From positions 1 through 33,144 of IMG/VR virus record IMGVR_UViG_3300020181_000024: a stretch of DNA of 33,144 nucleotides; one strand, given 5' to 3'. Below, piece by piece: positions 1 to 6,330 of the stretch. The notes beneath the pieces were generated by a model. The model had not been told where the DNA came from and made no database searches. It was given only the letters and a program-made list of their open reading frames with translations. How positions within the stretch are numbered: position 1 is the first letter of the stretch; the number at the start of each line of letters is the position of its first letter. The position numbers and the translations under genes are program-made. This DNA is from a virus (lineage: Duplodnaviria > Caudoviricetes).

Positions 1-132
1 CGGCGGGCAGCAGATGTCGGCGTGCGCAGTGGCCAGCAGATGGTGCGCCGACTCCCCGCCGAGATCCGTCTCGTGCGGCTCTGGCAGCAGGCGGGCGATG
101 AACTTGGCGGCGTTGACGCGGCCTACGGTCAC
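1..132 (-). CDS. Hypothetical protein, N-terminal part (runs off the window edge)
   Basis: GTG at 132 preceded by GGAGGA RBS; open frame MTVGRVNAAKFIARLLPEPHETDLGG... to position 1; not in the ORF track. Confidence 0.6.
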   Translation of the reverse strand, partial: MTVGRVNAAKFIARLLPEPHETDLGGESAHHLLATAHADICCPP

Positions 133-230
133 GAGTCCTCCCAGACTCGATGCGGTCGAACCCCGACCGTGACAGGCCCCGCGCCTACCGAAGACGGTAC
201 AGCAGCGGACTGACAGGCGCCCCAGCACAA

Positions 231-268
231 CGGCGCCCGCCTCGACGGGGGATACGAGACGGGCGCCG
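231..268. terminator. GC-rich stem-loop downstream of the recombinase operon
   Basis: cggcgcccg-c-ctcg ... cgag-a-cgggcgccg inverted repeat just after the stop of 290..457. Confidence 0.45.
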
Positions 269-289
269 CAGCCAGTCTGGCACGGGGCG

Positions 290-457
290 CTAGCCGTCGC
301 CGGTCTCTTCGTTCTGCTCGCGGATCAGGTCGTCGTACAGCTTGAGAATGCGGTCGTTCGCCTCCGGCGACAGAGGCTTCTGCCAGGTGATGTCGCCTGT
401 CTCGTACCAGATCTCCATCCAGCCCTTCGGGCGCTCCTCGGGCTGCTCGTCGCTCAT
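290..457 (-). CDS. Small acidic hypothetical protein (55 aa)
   Basis: ATG at 457 with GAGGAG RBS overlapping the recombinase stop; MSDEQPEERPKGWMEIWYETGDITWQKPLSPEANDRILKLYDDLIREQNEETGDG; TAG at 290-292; below the ORF-track cutoff. Confidence 0.7.
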   Translation of the reverse strand: MSDEQPEERPKGWMEIWYETGDITWQKPLSPEANDRILKLYDDLIREQNEETGDG

Positions 458-466
458 GCCGTCTCC

Positions 467-1483
467 TCAGAGGCCGATGTCCTCGCTTGCCGCGTCGGTC
501 CATTTGTCGGCTTCGCGGATGTAGCCCCAGAAGGCGGGGCTGTTCTCGGCGTGGCCGGACTGCTCCCGGATCTTCTCTTCTCGCTTGCCTGCTCGTCGAG
601 AGGTGGTGATGAACCCGGCTCGCATCGAGTGGCCGGTGAGGCGGACGGAGAGGCCGGCGCGTTCGGCGTTGCGGGCGATGATTTCGCGGACGGCTTCCGG
701 GGAGAGGGCGCGATCGCCGAGGCGGCCGTGGACGGTGATGGGCAGGAAGGCGGGGCCGCTGGTGATGCCTGCTGCGGCGCGCCAGGTGAGCCAGGCACGG
801 ACGGGGCAGGTGTCGGGGTTCTTGCCGTAGCCGACGACGACGTCCCGTGGCGGGCGGCCCTTGACGGCGGGGACGTGGACTTCGAGGCCTTGGCTGACGT
901 GGACGATGGTGTCGGCGCGGAGGGCGGCGACTTCGGCGGAGCGTCCGGCGACAGCGAAGGCCATGAGCCAGAGGGCGCGGTCGCGGAGTCCGGTAAGTCC
1001 GTCGGCGACGGCGTCGTTCATCTGCCGGAGCTGTTCGGGGGTAACCGCTGCCGCCTTGCCTCGGCCGCGCGCCATGCGTTCGGGGTTGTGCTTGAGTGGC
1101 TTGAGCGCCTTGCGTGCTGAGACGGTGGCGAGCTTGGGCACTTCGACGCCGAGCCCGCGTGCGGTGACGGTCACACCGGTGATCCGGCGGTCGATCGACG
1201 TGGGCGTGGCTAGCTTGATCGTGTCGAGCCAGACGACGAAGCCGACGAGGTTGCCTCGGGTGACGGCGGTCGACGGCATGCGATGGCCAGTGCGTTCGGC
1301 GAGCCAGTCGTGGAACTCTTCCCATAGTGCCCAGTCGTTGGCGTATCCGCGCTTGGTGTTGTTGGGGATGTTCCTGTCGAGGTGTTCGTCGGCTGCCTTC
1401 TCCATGGCGGCGAGGACGGCGAGCGTCGCAGCGTCGTAGACGGCAGGGGCGGCGTCCGGCTGGCGGGGGGCGAGGACGGTCAC
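467..1483 (-). CDS. Tyrosine recombinase (Cre/XerD-like, no arm-binding domain apparent)
   Basis: Catalytic residues R (GRSAEV), K (VKGR), HxxR (HSMR), GH, Y (FWGY); N-terminal core-binding helix NTKRGYANDWALW; LRDRAL motif; GGAG RBS. Confidence 0.9.
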   Translation of the reverse strand: MTVLAPRQPDAAPAVYDAATLAVLAAMEKAADEHLDRNIPNNTKRGYANDWALWEEFHDWLAERTGHRMPSTAVTRGNLVGFVVWLDTIKLATPTSIDRRITGVTVTARGLGVEVPKLATVSARKALKPLKHNPERMARGRGKAAAVTPEQLRQMNDAVADGLTGLRDRALWLMAFAVAGRSAEVAALRADTIVHVSQGLEVHVPAVKGRPPRDVVVGYGKNPDTCPVRAWLTWRAAAGITSGPAFLPITVHGRLGDRALSPEAVREIIARNAERAGLSVRLTGHSMRAGFITTSRRAGKREEKIREQSGHAENSPAFWGYIREADKWTDAASEDIGL

Positions 1484-1488
1484 GGGTG

Positions 1489-1857
1489 CTACTCCTCCAG
1501 CTCACGGCAGGCGCGGCAGGAGTCGGGCCCGACGGGGATGGTGTGGACGCAGCACTCCACGCCGTTACTGTCCAGGTAGTGGGCGGGCGGGGTGAACGGC
1601 TGCCGCTGGCGGGAGTGATCGCTTCGCGGGACGCCACGCCGAGTCGCGGGCTGTTCGGCGAGTTGTATCTCACCGACCTCGAAGGCGGCGCGCAGCCACT
1701 CTTGGGCTTCATCGAGCAGGGCCTGCTGGTCCTGCGGCCGGAGCTGATCCCAGATTGGATTTGCGCCACCGCTGGGCTGGTGGGCGATGTCTTGGCGGCG
1801 TTTGGCGACCTCCTCGACGACGTGGGAGGCGACGTGACCGTAGGGATTCTCTTCCAC
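1489..1857 (-). CDS. Hypothetical protein with C-terminal Cys cluster
   Basis: GAAAGGA RBS, tight packing in operon, CCVH...CRAC. Confidence 0.65.
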   Translation of the reverse strand: MEENPYGHVASHVVEEVAKRRQDIAHQPSGGANPIWDQLRPQDQQALLDEAQEWLRAAFEVGEIQLAEQPATRRGVPRSDHSRQRQPFTPPAHYLDSNGVECCVHTIPVGPDSCRACRELEE

Positions 1858-1878
1858 GGCGGTCCTTTCTGTCTGGTG

Positions 1879-2157
1879 TCAGACGGCTGGGGTCTGGTAG
1901 CCGATAGCGAATGCGACCTTCTGCCCCGCCTGGACGTCGAAGCACGGGAACTGGTCCTGGTCGCGGAAACAGTGCCCGGTCTCGTCCGGGCCGTGCAGAG
2001 TCGCGGTGTCCACGAGCCACGTACACAGCTCGCCGGAAAGCCAGTCGCCGCGCCGCCGCAGGACCCGGGCGGCGGCCAGCAACTCGTCGCGTGGGCTGGT
2101 CGGCCCGACGTTGGCGGACGGCGCGGCGTACAGGGCTTCGAGGTCGGGGCTGGTCAT
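1879..2157 (-). CDS. Hypothetical protein
   Basis: TGATG stop/start overlap with upstream gene. Confidence 0.65.
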   Translation of the reverse strand: MTSPDLEALYAAPSANVGPTSPRDELLAAARVLRRRGDWLSGELCTWLVDTATLHGPDETGHCFRDQDQFPCFDVQAGQKVAFAIGYQTPAV

Positions 2158-2468
2158 CAGACTTCGTCCTCGCTCTCGCGTTCGGCGACGTACTCACAGC
2201 AGTCCTCGCAGCCGCAGAGGGCGCTTCCGAGGCAGGTGTCCTTGAGGTTGACGTACTCAGCGGCCCGGCATTCGACTAGGGCGACCGTCCGGTCCTTCCC
2301 GTGCAGCAGCCAGTCGACGGTAACCCCGCTCGCCTCGGCGATGAGGGCGTACTCCAGACTGGTCGGCAGGCGGCGTCCCTCAAAGATCTCGCCCATGCGC
2401 GTTGGATGGATGTCGGCAATGGTGATGCCGACGAGTGCGGCCCGGATCCTGTTGAGCTGCTCAGTCAT
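2157..2468 (-). CDS. XRE-type HTH-like protein with C-terminal Cys-rich tail
   Basis: GRRLPT...IAEASGVTVDWLLHG resembles the end of XRE HTH domains; CLGSALCGCEDCC; AAGGAAGG RBS. Confidence 0.6.
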   Translation of the reverse strand: MTEQLNRIRAALVGITIADIHPTRMGEIFEGRRLPTSLEYALIAEASGVTVDWLLHGKDRTVALVECRAAEYVNLKDTCLGSALCGCEDCCEYVAERESEDEV

Positions 2469-2495
2469 GGAGCCTTCCTTTCGCTCTCGGCGTAT

Positions 2496-2852
2496 CTACC
2501 ACTGGCCGCCCATGTGGGAGAGAACGCTGGTGGCGCGGTCGAGGGCCTCGCCTGCCTGTGCGAGGAGTTGACGGGCTTCGTTCAACTCCAGCCGAGCCTT
2601 CTCTGTCTCGCCACGCGCGTCAGTGCCGTTGTCCATGCGGATGGCGTCGGCATCCCTCATGGCGCGGAGTCCGCCCCAGATCTGCTCGATGGCCTGCGGC
2701 ATACCCCATGCGGCCTGCTTGAGCTCTCCGACAGTGCTGTAGATCCCAGAGGGCTCTTCGAAGGCGCGGGCGCCGATGGTGCGGTGGTTGAGGGCTCGGA
2801 TCTCTTCGGCGGCGCTGCGGGCGATGGCGGCGGGTTCGCGGTTCAGGTTCAT
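2496..2852 (-). CDS. Helical hypothetical protein, probably leaderless first gene of the recombinase operon
   Basis: ATG at 2852 (MNLNREPAAI...) lies 6 nt after a -10 TACAGT; the longer ORF-track start at 2975 overlaps the divergent gene. Confidence 0.7.
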   Translation of the reverse strand: MNLNREPAAIARSAAEEIRALNHRTIGARAFEEPSGIYSTVGELKQAAWGMPQAIEQIWGGLRAMRDADAIRMDNGTDARGETEKARLELNEARQLLAQAGEALDRATSVLSHMGGQW

Positions 2853-2858
2853 AGCTCC

Positions 2859-2903
2859 ACTGTACATAGCGTCCTTATGTACATCAAGCCCTGATGGTAA
2901 TCT
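2859..2903. promoter_or_regulatory. Divergent promoter pair with TGTACATA-N7-TATGTACA operator
   Basis: Minus strand: TTGATG-17 bp-TACAGT. Plus strand: TGG-TAATCT (2898-2903) 7 nt before ATG 2911. Perfect 8-bp inverted repeat at 2861-2868/2876-2883. Confidence 0.75.
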
Positions 2904-2910
2904 CGCCTCC

Positions 2911-3132
2911 ATGGACACGGAGAAGGAAGACCAGCCGATCGCTGAAGCGCGCGCGAACATCTCCAAGCTGCACAACGCCGTACAGCTACTCCGGCGCGTC
3001 TACTTCCTCACCAGCAGAGGCACACGCGAAGCCGCCGTCGTCCCCGTCGACCTCGGCGAGCTCGTTCAGGAAGTTGGCGGCCCGGACGCTGCCGTCACGA
3101 TCCTCAAGACCCATCTCGCCGAGCAGGCGTAG
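2911..3132 (+). CDS. Phd/YefM-family antitoxin-like DNA-binding protein (orphan)
   Basis: MDTEKEDQPIAEARANISKLHNAV...LTSRGTREAAVVPVD matches the Phd/YefM pattern (EAR.NLS.L...IT.RG...AVLV); ATG 2911 likely leaderless. Confidence 0.75.
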   Translation: MDTEKEDQPIAEARANISKLHNAVQLLRRVYFLTSRGTREAAVVPVDLGELVQEVGGPDAAVTILKTHLAEQA

Positions 3133-3169
3133 CGAGCCGCTCAGGAGTCGGACAATTGCCTCAATTGAC

Positions 3170-3197
3170 GCCCGTGATATGGCATGTTATCGAGACT
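3170..3197. other. Candidate dif/lox-like tyrosine recombinase site
   Basis: GCCCGTGATAT-GGCATG-TTATCGAGACT, 11-6-11 layout with inner GATA(T)/(T)TATC symmetry, in an AT-richer intergenic gap. Confidence 0.3.
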
Positions 3198-3256
3198 GCG
3201 TGGCGCTGATCGGTCGCCTTCGGGGTGCCGTTTGACAGCGTCGCTAGCCTCCGAGC

Positions 3257-3544
3257 ATGACCACCTACAAGGGCAACGCCTCACTGATTCTCGACAGCGG
3301 ACGCGAGTTGGCGGTGACCGCGAACCTGACAGGGGCGGCCAACGCTGGCCGCGCTGACTGGGGCGGCACGCTGAGCGTGCCCGACCAGAGCAAGCCGATT
3401 GAGATGGTGAATTTGCGGGGCGGCGTACTGCGCACAGAGCACGGCGAAGCACGCTTCGTGCGACCCGACATCTCCGACTGGCTCGGCTCTACGCCTGGCC
3501 GCTTCGAGATCACCATCCTGGGCGACGGCGACGCCCCCTTCTGA
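3257..3544 (+). CDS. Hypothetical protein, DUF4873-like
   Basis: YKGNASL...WGGTL...ILGDGDAPF resembles the DUF4873 pattern; TAGCCT -10 at 3245-3250, 6 nt before ATG. Confidence 0.65.
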   Translation: MTTYKGNASLILDSGRELAVTANLTGAANAGRADWGGTLSVPDQSKPIEMVNLRGGVLRTEHGEARFVRPDISDWLGSTPGRFEITILGDGDAPF

Positions 3545-3553
3545 GAACGACGA

Positions 3554-3595
3554 AGCGCCCCCGCTCCCCTGCAGTGGCAGAGGTACGGGGGCGCT
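3554..3595. terminator. Bidirectional terminator hairpin between convergent genes
   Basis: agcgcccccg ... cgggggcgct 10-bp stem between the stops at 3544 and 3608. Confidence 0.7.
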
Positions 3596-3607
3596 GTCGC
3601 GTCGAGG

Positions 3608-5227
3608 TCAGGCGGCCGACCGCTCCCACGGCCAGGTCGCGTCTCGGCCGGCTTCGAGAAGGGGGATCATCCGGAAGGCCTGGTCGGTGAGCCCGCCGAA
3701 GGTGTGCCGCTGTCCGCCGCCGGAGGGGGCGTGCCCCGCCTGGTAGCCGGCGAGGTTCCAGGTGTACAGGGGTGTCGTCTGCGGGATGGCCTGGTCGACT
3801 TCGACGTGGTCGTGTCCGGCCTGCTCGTCGGTGACGATGACAACGCGGTCGTGGCGGTGGAACTCCTGCCGGAGGGCGGCGGCGGTGTCGGTGCCTCCGC
3901 CGAGGAACCAGCCTCCGTCTCGCCACTTCTTCACGTCGCTGAGGACGGAGCCGCCTCGGGCGAGCGGGAACGTCTTCGTCTTCGCGCCGGGCTGCTCGCC
4001 CCAGTACATGCGGGCGGAGGAGAATGAGACGACGTCGGCCTGCTCGCAGGATCGTCCGAGAGCGATCCCGAACAGGGCTGCGGCATCCCAGCGCATGAGG
4101 GAGCCGTCGCGGGAGAACGACTCGTGCATCGAGGATGAGGTGTCGACGAGAATGAGCGTCCTGCCGCCGAGCTGGGGGACGTTGGCCAGGGACGCGGTGA
4201 GCGCCTTCTCCAGGGCATGGCCCCACCGCAGCGAGGGCGCGGCGTTGAAGGCGGAGTAGAACCGCATGGGCATCTGCCGGGACTTGGCGACCTGCTCCGG
4301 GTCGGCGAGCCGCTTCGCCGCCTGCTCCGCGATCTCGTCGGAGACGCCGGCCTCGTCGAAGTTGCGGAGGTTCCGCAGCAGCGCCATGTACCCCATCGAC
4401 GGGATGAGCGCTTCCCATAGCTTGGCCTTGTCGACCTTCGAGCCCGCCATGGACAGGGTCGCCTCCCAGGTGAGGCCCGCGCGATTCAACTCGTCGGCGT
4501 TGAGCAGGATGTTCGGTTCCTGCGCGACGAACTCGGAGAAGGCCATGTTGCGGGCAAGGGTCGGCAGGCTGTCCGGGTCCGGCACGGTGCCGCGCTTGTG
4601 CCGGCGGTCGAGGGAGTAGGCGAACAAGTCGCCCTGCCACGCCTTGGCCGGGTCGGGGCTGGCGTGGACGAGGTTGAGGACGTCGCCGAAGCGGTAGCCC
4701 TTGGAGTCGGTGTCGTACTTCAGCAGCGATCGCTCGTTGTACAGCCGCTGGACGGCGTCGGCGATGCCGCGCTTCACCGGCTTGGGCAACTTCCGCCCGT
4801 ACTTACTGGTCCAGTAGCTGAGCATCTCGCCGGGCTCGTCGGCACGCTGGAGGACTGCGTCAATGGCCTGCCTGGAGTGGCCGGCGACGCCTGCTTCGAG
4901 GCGCGCCTTGGCGAGTTCCGCGGCGCCTACGAGGGCGGCGGTGCGCATGTTGGCGTCACTGCGGAGCCAGCGAAGGAATCCGGTACACCAGTCGGGATCG
5001 ATGACGGCGACCTGGCGGATGAGCTGGGTGTACCGGTCGTCACGGTCGCCGCCCTTCTCATAGAAGGTGTCCTGGCCGACGAAGTTGGAGACGGCGAGGA
5101 CGAACAGCTCCGACTTGGTGTCGCGGAGGTAGCCGGTACCGCCCTGGTGGGTGATGGTCCGCTCCCCGGTCGTGGTCACGGGCGAGTGGACGGCGGGACG
5201 GGTCGCGCGGGTGTTGAAGCGGGTCAC
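3608..5227 (-). CDS. rsr: Ro60/Rsr orthologue: TROVE domain plus vWA domain RNA-binding protein
   Basis: 539 aa; TROVE motifs (FYE, KLPKPVKRG, SLLKY, LTWE, MALLRNLRN); vWA MIDAS DTSSSM, GGGTD, IVTDEQ. Confidence 0.93.
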   Translation of the reverse strand: MTRFNTRATRPAVHSPVTTTGERTITHQGGTGYLRDTKSELFVLAVSNFVGQDTFYEKGGDRDDRYTQLIRQVAVIDPDWCTGFLRWLRSDANMRTAALVGAAELAKARLEAGVAGHSRQAIDAVLQRADEPGEMLSYWTSKYGRKLPKPVKRGIADAVQRLYNERSLLKYDTDSKGYRFGDVLNLVHASPDPAKAWQGDLFAYSLDRRHKRGTVPDPDSLPTLARNMAFSEFVAQEPNILLNADELNRAGLTWEATLSMAGSKVDKAKLWEALIPSMGYMALLRNLRNFDEAGVSDEIAEQAAKRLADPEQVAKSRQMPMRFYSAFNAAPSLRWGHALEKALTASLANVPQLGGRTLILVDTSSSMHESFSRDGSLMRWDAAALFGIALGRSCEQADVVSFSSARMYWGEQPGAKTKTFPLARGGSVLSDVKKWRDGGWFLGGGTDTAAALRQEFHRHDRVVIVTDEQAGHDHVEVDQAIPQTTPLYTWNLAGYQAGHAPSGGGQRHTFGGLTDQAFRMIPLLEAGRDATWPWERSAA

Positions 5228-5230
5228 GAG

Positions 5231-5253
5231 AAAAACCCCTCACGTTGGAGGGG
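5231..5253 (-). terminator. Intrinsic terminator/attenuator that also sequesters the rsr RBS
   Basis: Minus-strand CCCCUC-CAACGU-GAGGGG-UUUUU; GAGGGG is 8 nt from the GTG start at 5227. Confidence 0.7.
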
Positions 5254-5265
5254 AGGTTCAGCAGT

Positions 5266-5406
5266 GGGGTGCCCGAGATCAAGGTCGGTGACGGTACGTA
5301 GGTGCTCTGCCGTTGAGCTACGGAGACCGCAGTCTCCGACGGGACTCGAACCCGCAACCACCCCATTAACAGCGGAAGTAGCCGTCGCCTGCGCACCGGG
5401 CACCCC
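5266..5406 (-). ncRNA. yrlA: YrlA-like Y RNA (about 141 nt), circularly permuted tRNA-Asn mimic
   Basis: Terminal stem GGGGUGCCCG/CGGGCACCCC; Ro-site-like GGUGCGCAGG/CCUUGAUC; T arm GCGGG-UUCGAGU-CCCGU (5339-5355); loop-closed acceptor stem CGGAGAC-UGCG-GUCUCCG (5321-5338); UA; D arm GCUC-AACGGCA-GAGC (5304-5318); adjacent to rsr. Confidence 0.88.
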
Positions 5407-5412
5407 CGATGC

Positions 5413-5490
5413 TGTGCCTCCCGAGATCAGAGTCGGCGTGCGGCGTGTTCACCCAAAGAAGTAGCCGCGGCCTGCGCACCGGGAGGTGCA
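5413..5490 (-). ncRNA. Second, short Y RNA (about 75 nt) lacking the tRNA domain (YrlB-like)
   Basis: Stem CCUCCCG/CGGGAGG; shares CCCGGUGCGCAGGC (14 nt identical), CGGCUACUUC and UGAUCUCGGG with the neighbouring RNA. Confidence 0.75.
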
Positions 5491-5505
5491 TGAAGTTGTG
5501 CACCC

Positions 5506-5536
5506 ACTGTAGACGGCAACATGGGTTGCTTGTCTA
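5506..5536 (-). promoter_or_regulatory. Putative promoter for the Y RNA-rsr unit, with a dyad across the spacer
   Basis: TAGACA (5536-5531)-19 bp-TACAGT (5511-5506); imperfect palindrome TAGAC-G-GCAAC-ATGG-GTTGC-TT-GTCTA (5510-5536). Confidence 0.5.
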
Positions 5537-5650
5537 GCAAGTTGTCGAAGTAGCCTCAACCACTTCGTTCTGTCACAGACCGGTAACCCGTCATCACGCT
5601 TCCCTCACATCTGCTCTACCGTGAGCCGACGTTCAACCTTGGGGGGTTCC

Positions 5651-6274
5651 ATGCGCGTTCGCGCGACTGCGGCAACGGCCGCTCTGCTCCTGGCCGCACT
5701 CACCGCGTGCGGCGGTGGGAACGATGGCGAGCCCGATGCGTCGTCGAAGCCGTCGGCGGCCGAGACCGCGCCAAGCAAGGAGGCGACACCCGGGCAAGTC
5801 GAGGCGGGTCTGCAGCTCGGCGAACCGGCCCAGACCACGGGCGACGGGGGAACTGGCACGCTGGAGATCACACCGGACACGGTCGTGTTCACGAAGGAAG
5901 GCGGCGGGGAGACCTCCGCGAGCGGGGTGTTCGCCGTGGTCACGATGAAGGACAAGGCGACGGCCGCAGTCGCTGCGGATGAGCCTGCCCCAATCTCTGG
6001 CGGAGGGTGGAAGTGGATGGCCGCCGACGGCGAGATGATCGACGTTGGTGGCGGCAACGCCTTCAACGTGGTCATGGACAAGTACAACAACGCTGACCCC
6101 GTCCAGCCGGGCGCCTACCAGTGGCGTTCGCAGGTCTTCGACCTCACACCGGCCCAGGCGAAGGGCGGCACACTGATCTACATCGACGGCGAGGAGAAAG
6201 CCCACCGCTGGCAGATGCCGTCCACGGACAGCGGCCCGAACGTCGCCGAGGTCAAGAAGCAGCTCGAGTTCTGA
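5651..6274 (+). CDS. Lipoprotein (DUF4352-like beta-sandwich), possible superinfection-exclusion moron
   Basis: Signal peptide MRVRATAATAALLLAA with lipobox LTAC, Ser/Pro/Ala linker, beta-rich domain; oriented opposite to the late genes. Confidence 0.8.
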   Translation: MRVRATAATAALLLAALTACGGGNDGEPDASSKPSAAETAPSKEATPGQVEAGLQLGEPAQTTGDGGTGTLEITPDTVVFTKEGGGETSASGVFAVVTMKDKATAAVAADEPAPISGGGWKWMAADGEMIDVGGGNAFNVVMDKYNNADPVQPGAYQWRSQVFDLTPAQAKGGTLIYIDGEEKAHRWQMPSTDSGPNVAEVKKQLEF

Positions 6275-6285
6275 GCAACGACGAA

Positions 6286-6324
6286 GCGCCCCGCACCTGC
6301 CGCCGAAGCGGAGGTGCGGGGCGT
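6286..6324. terminator. Bidirectional terminator ending the late operon and the lipoprotein gene
   Basis: gcgccccgcacct ... aggtgcggggcgt long stem between convergent stops at 6274 and 6331. Confidence 0.75.
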
Positions 6325-6330
6325 TGGCGT

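Larger units (their letters stand above)
3539..6294 (+). repeat. Direct repeat pair TTCTGAG(C)AACGACGAAGCGCCCC(C)GC at 3539-3564 and 6269-6294
   Basis: Both copies include a Phe-TGA gene end and the left arm of a terminator; they bracket the Ro/Y-RNA/lipoprotein block. Confidence 0.75.

Noticed and set aside
129-1769. 546-aa Arg-rich minus-strand ORF overlapping the recombinase
   Set aside because: Alternative frame of the recombinase with R/P-rich low-complexity composition; a GC3 bias artefact.
2911-3544. Complete type II toxin-antitoxin pair (Phd plus downstream gene)
   Set aside because: The downstream gene is 124 bp away, has its own -10 element and resembles DUF4873 rather than Doc, YoeB/RelE or PIN toxins.
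5300-5375. Canonical tRNA-Asn gene or tRNA-derived att site
   Set aside because: Arms are in permuted order (T, acceptor, D), the acceptor stem is closed by a loop and there is no CCA end. It is nested in a Y-RNA stem next to rsr and is not beside the recombinase.
5058-5396. 112-aa ORF spanning the Y RNA and the rsr start
   Set aside because: No RBS, out of frame with rsr, and fully explained by the structured RNA and terminator.
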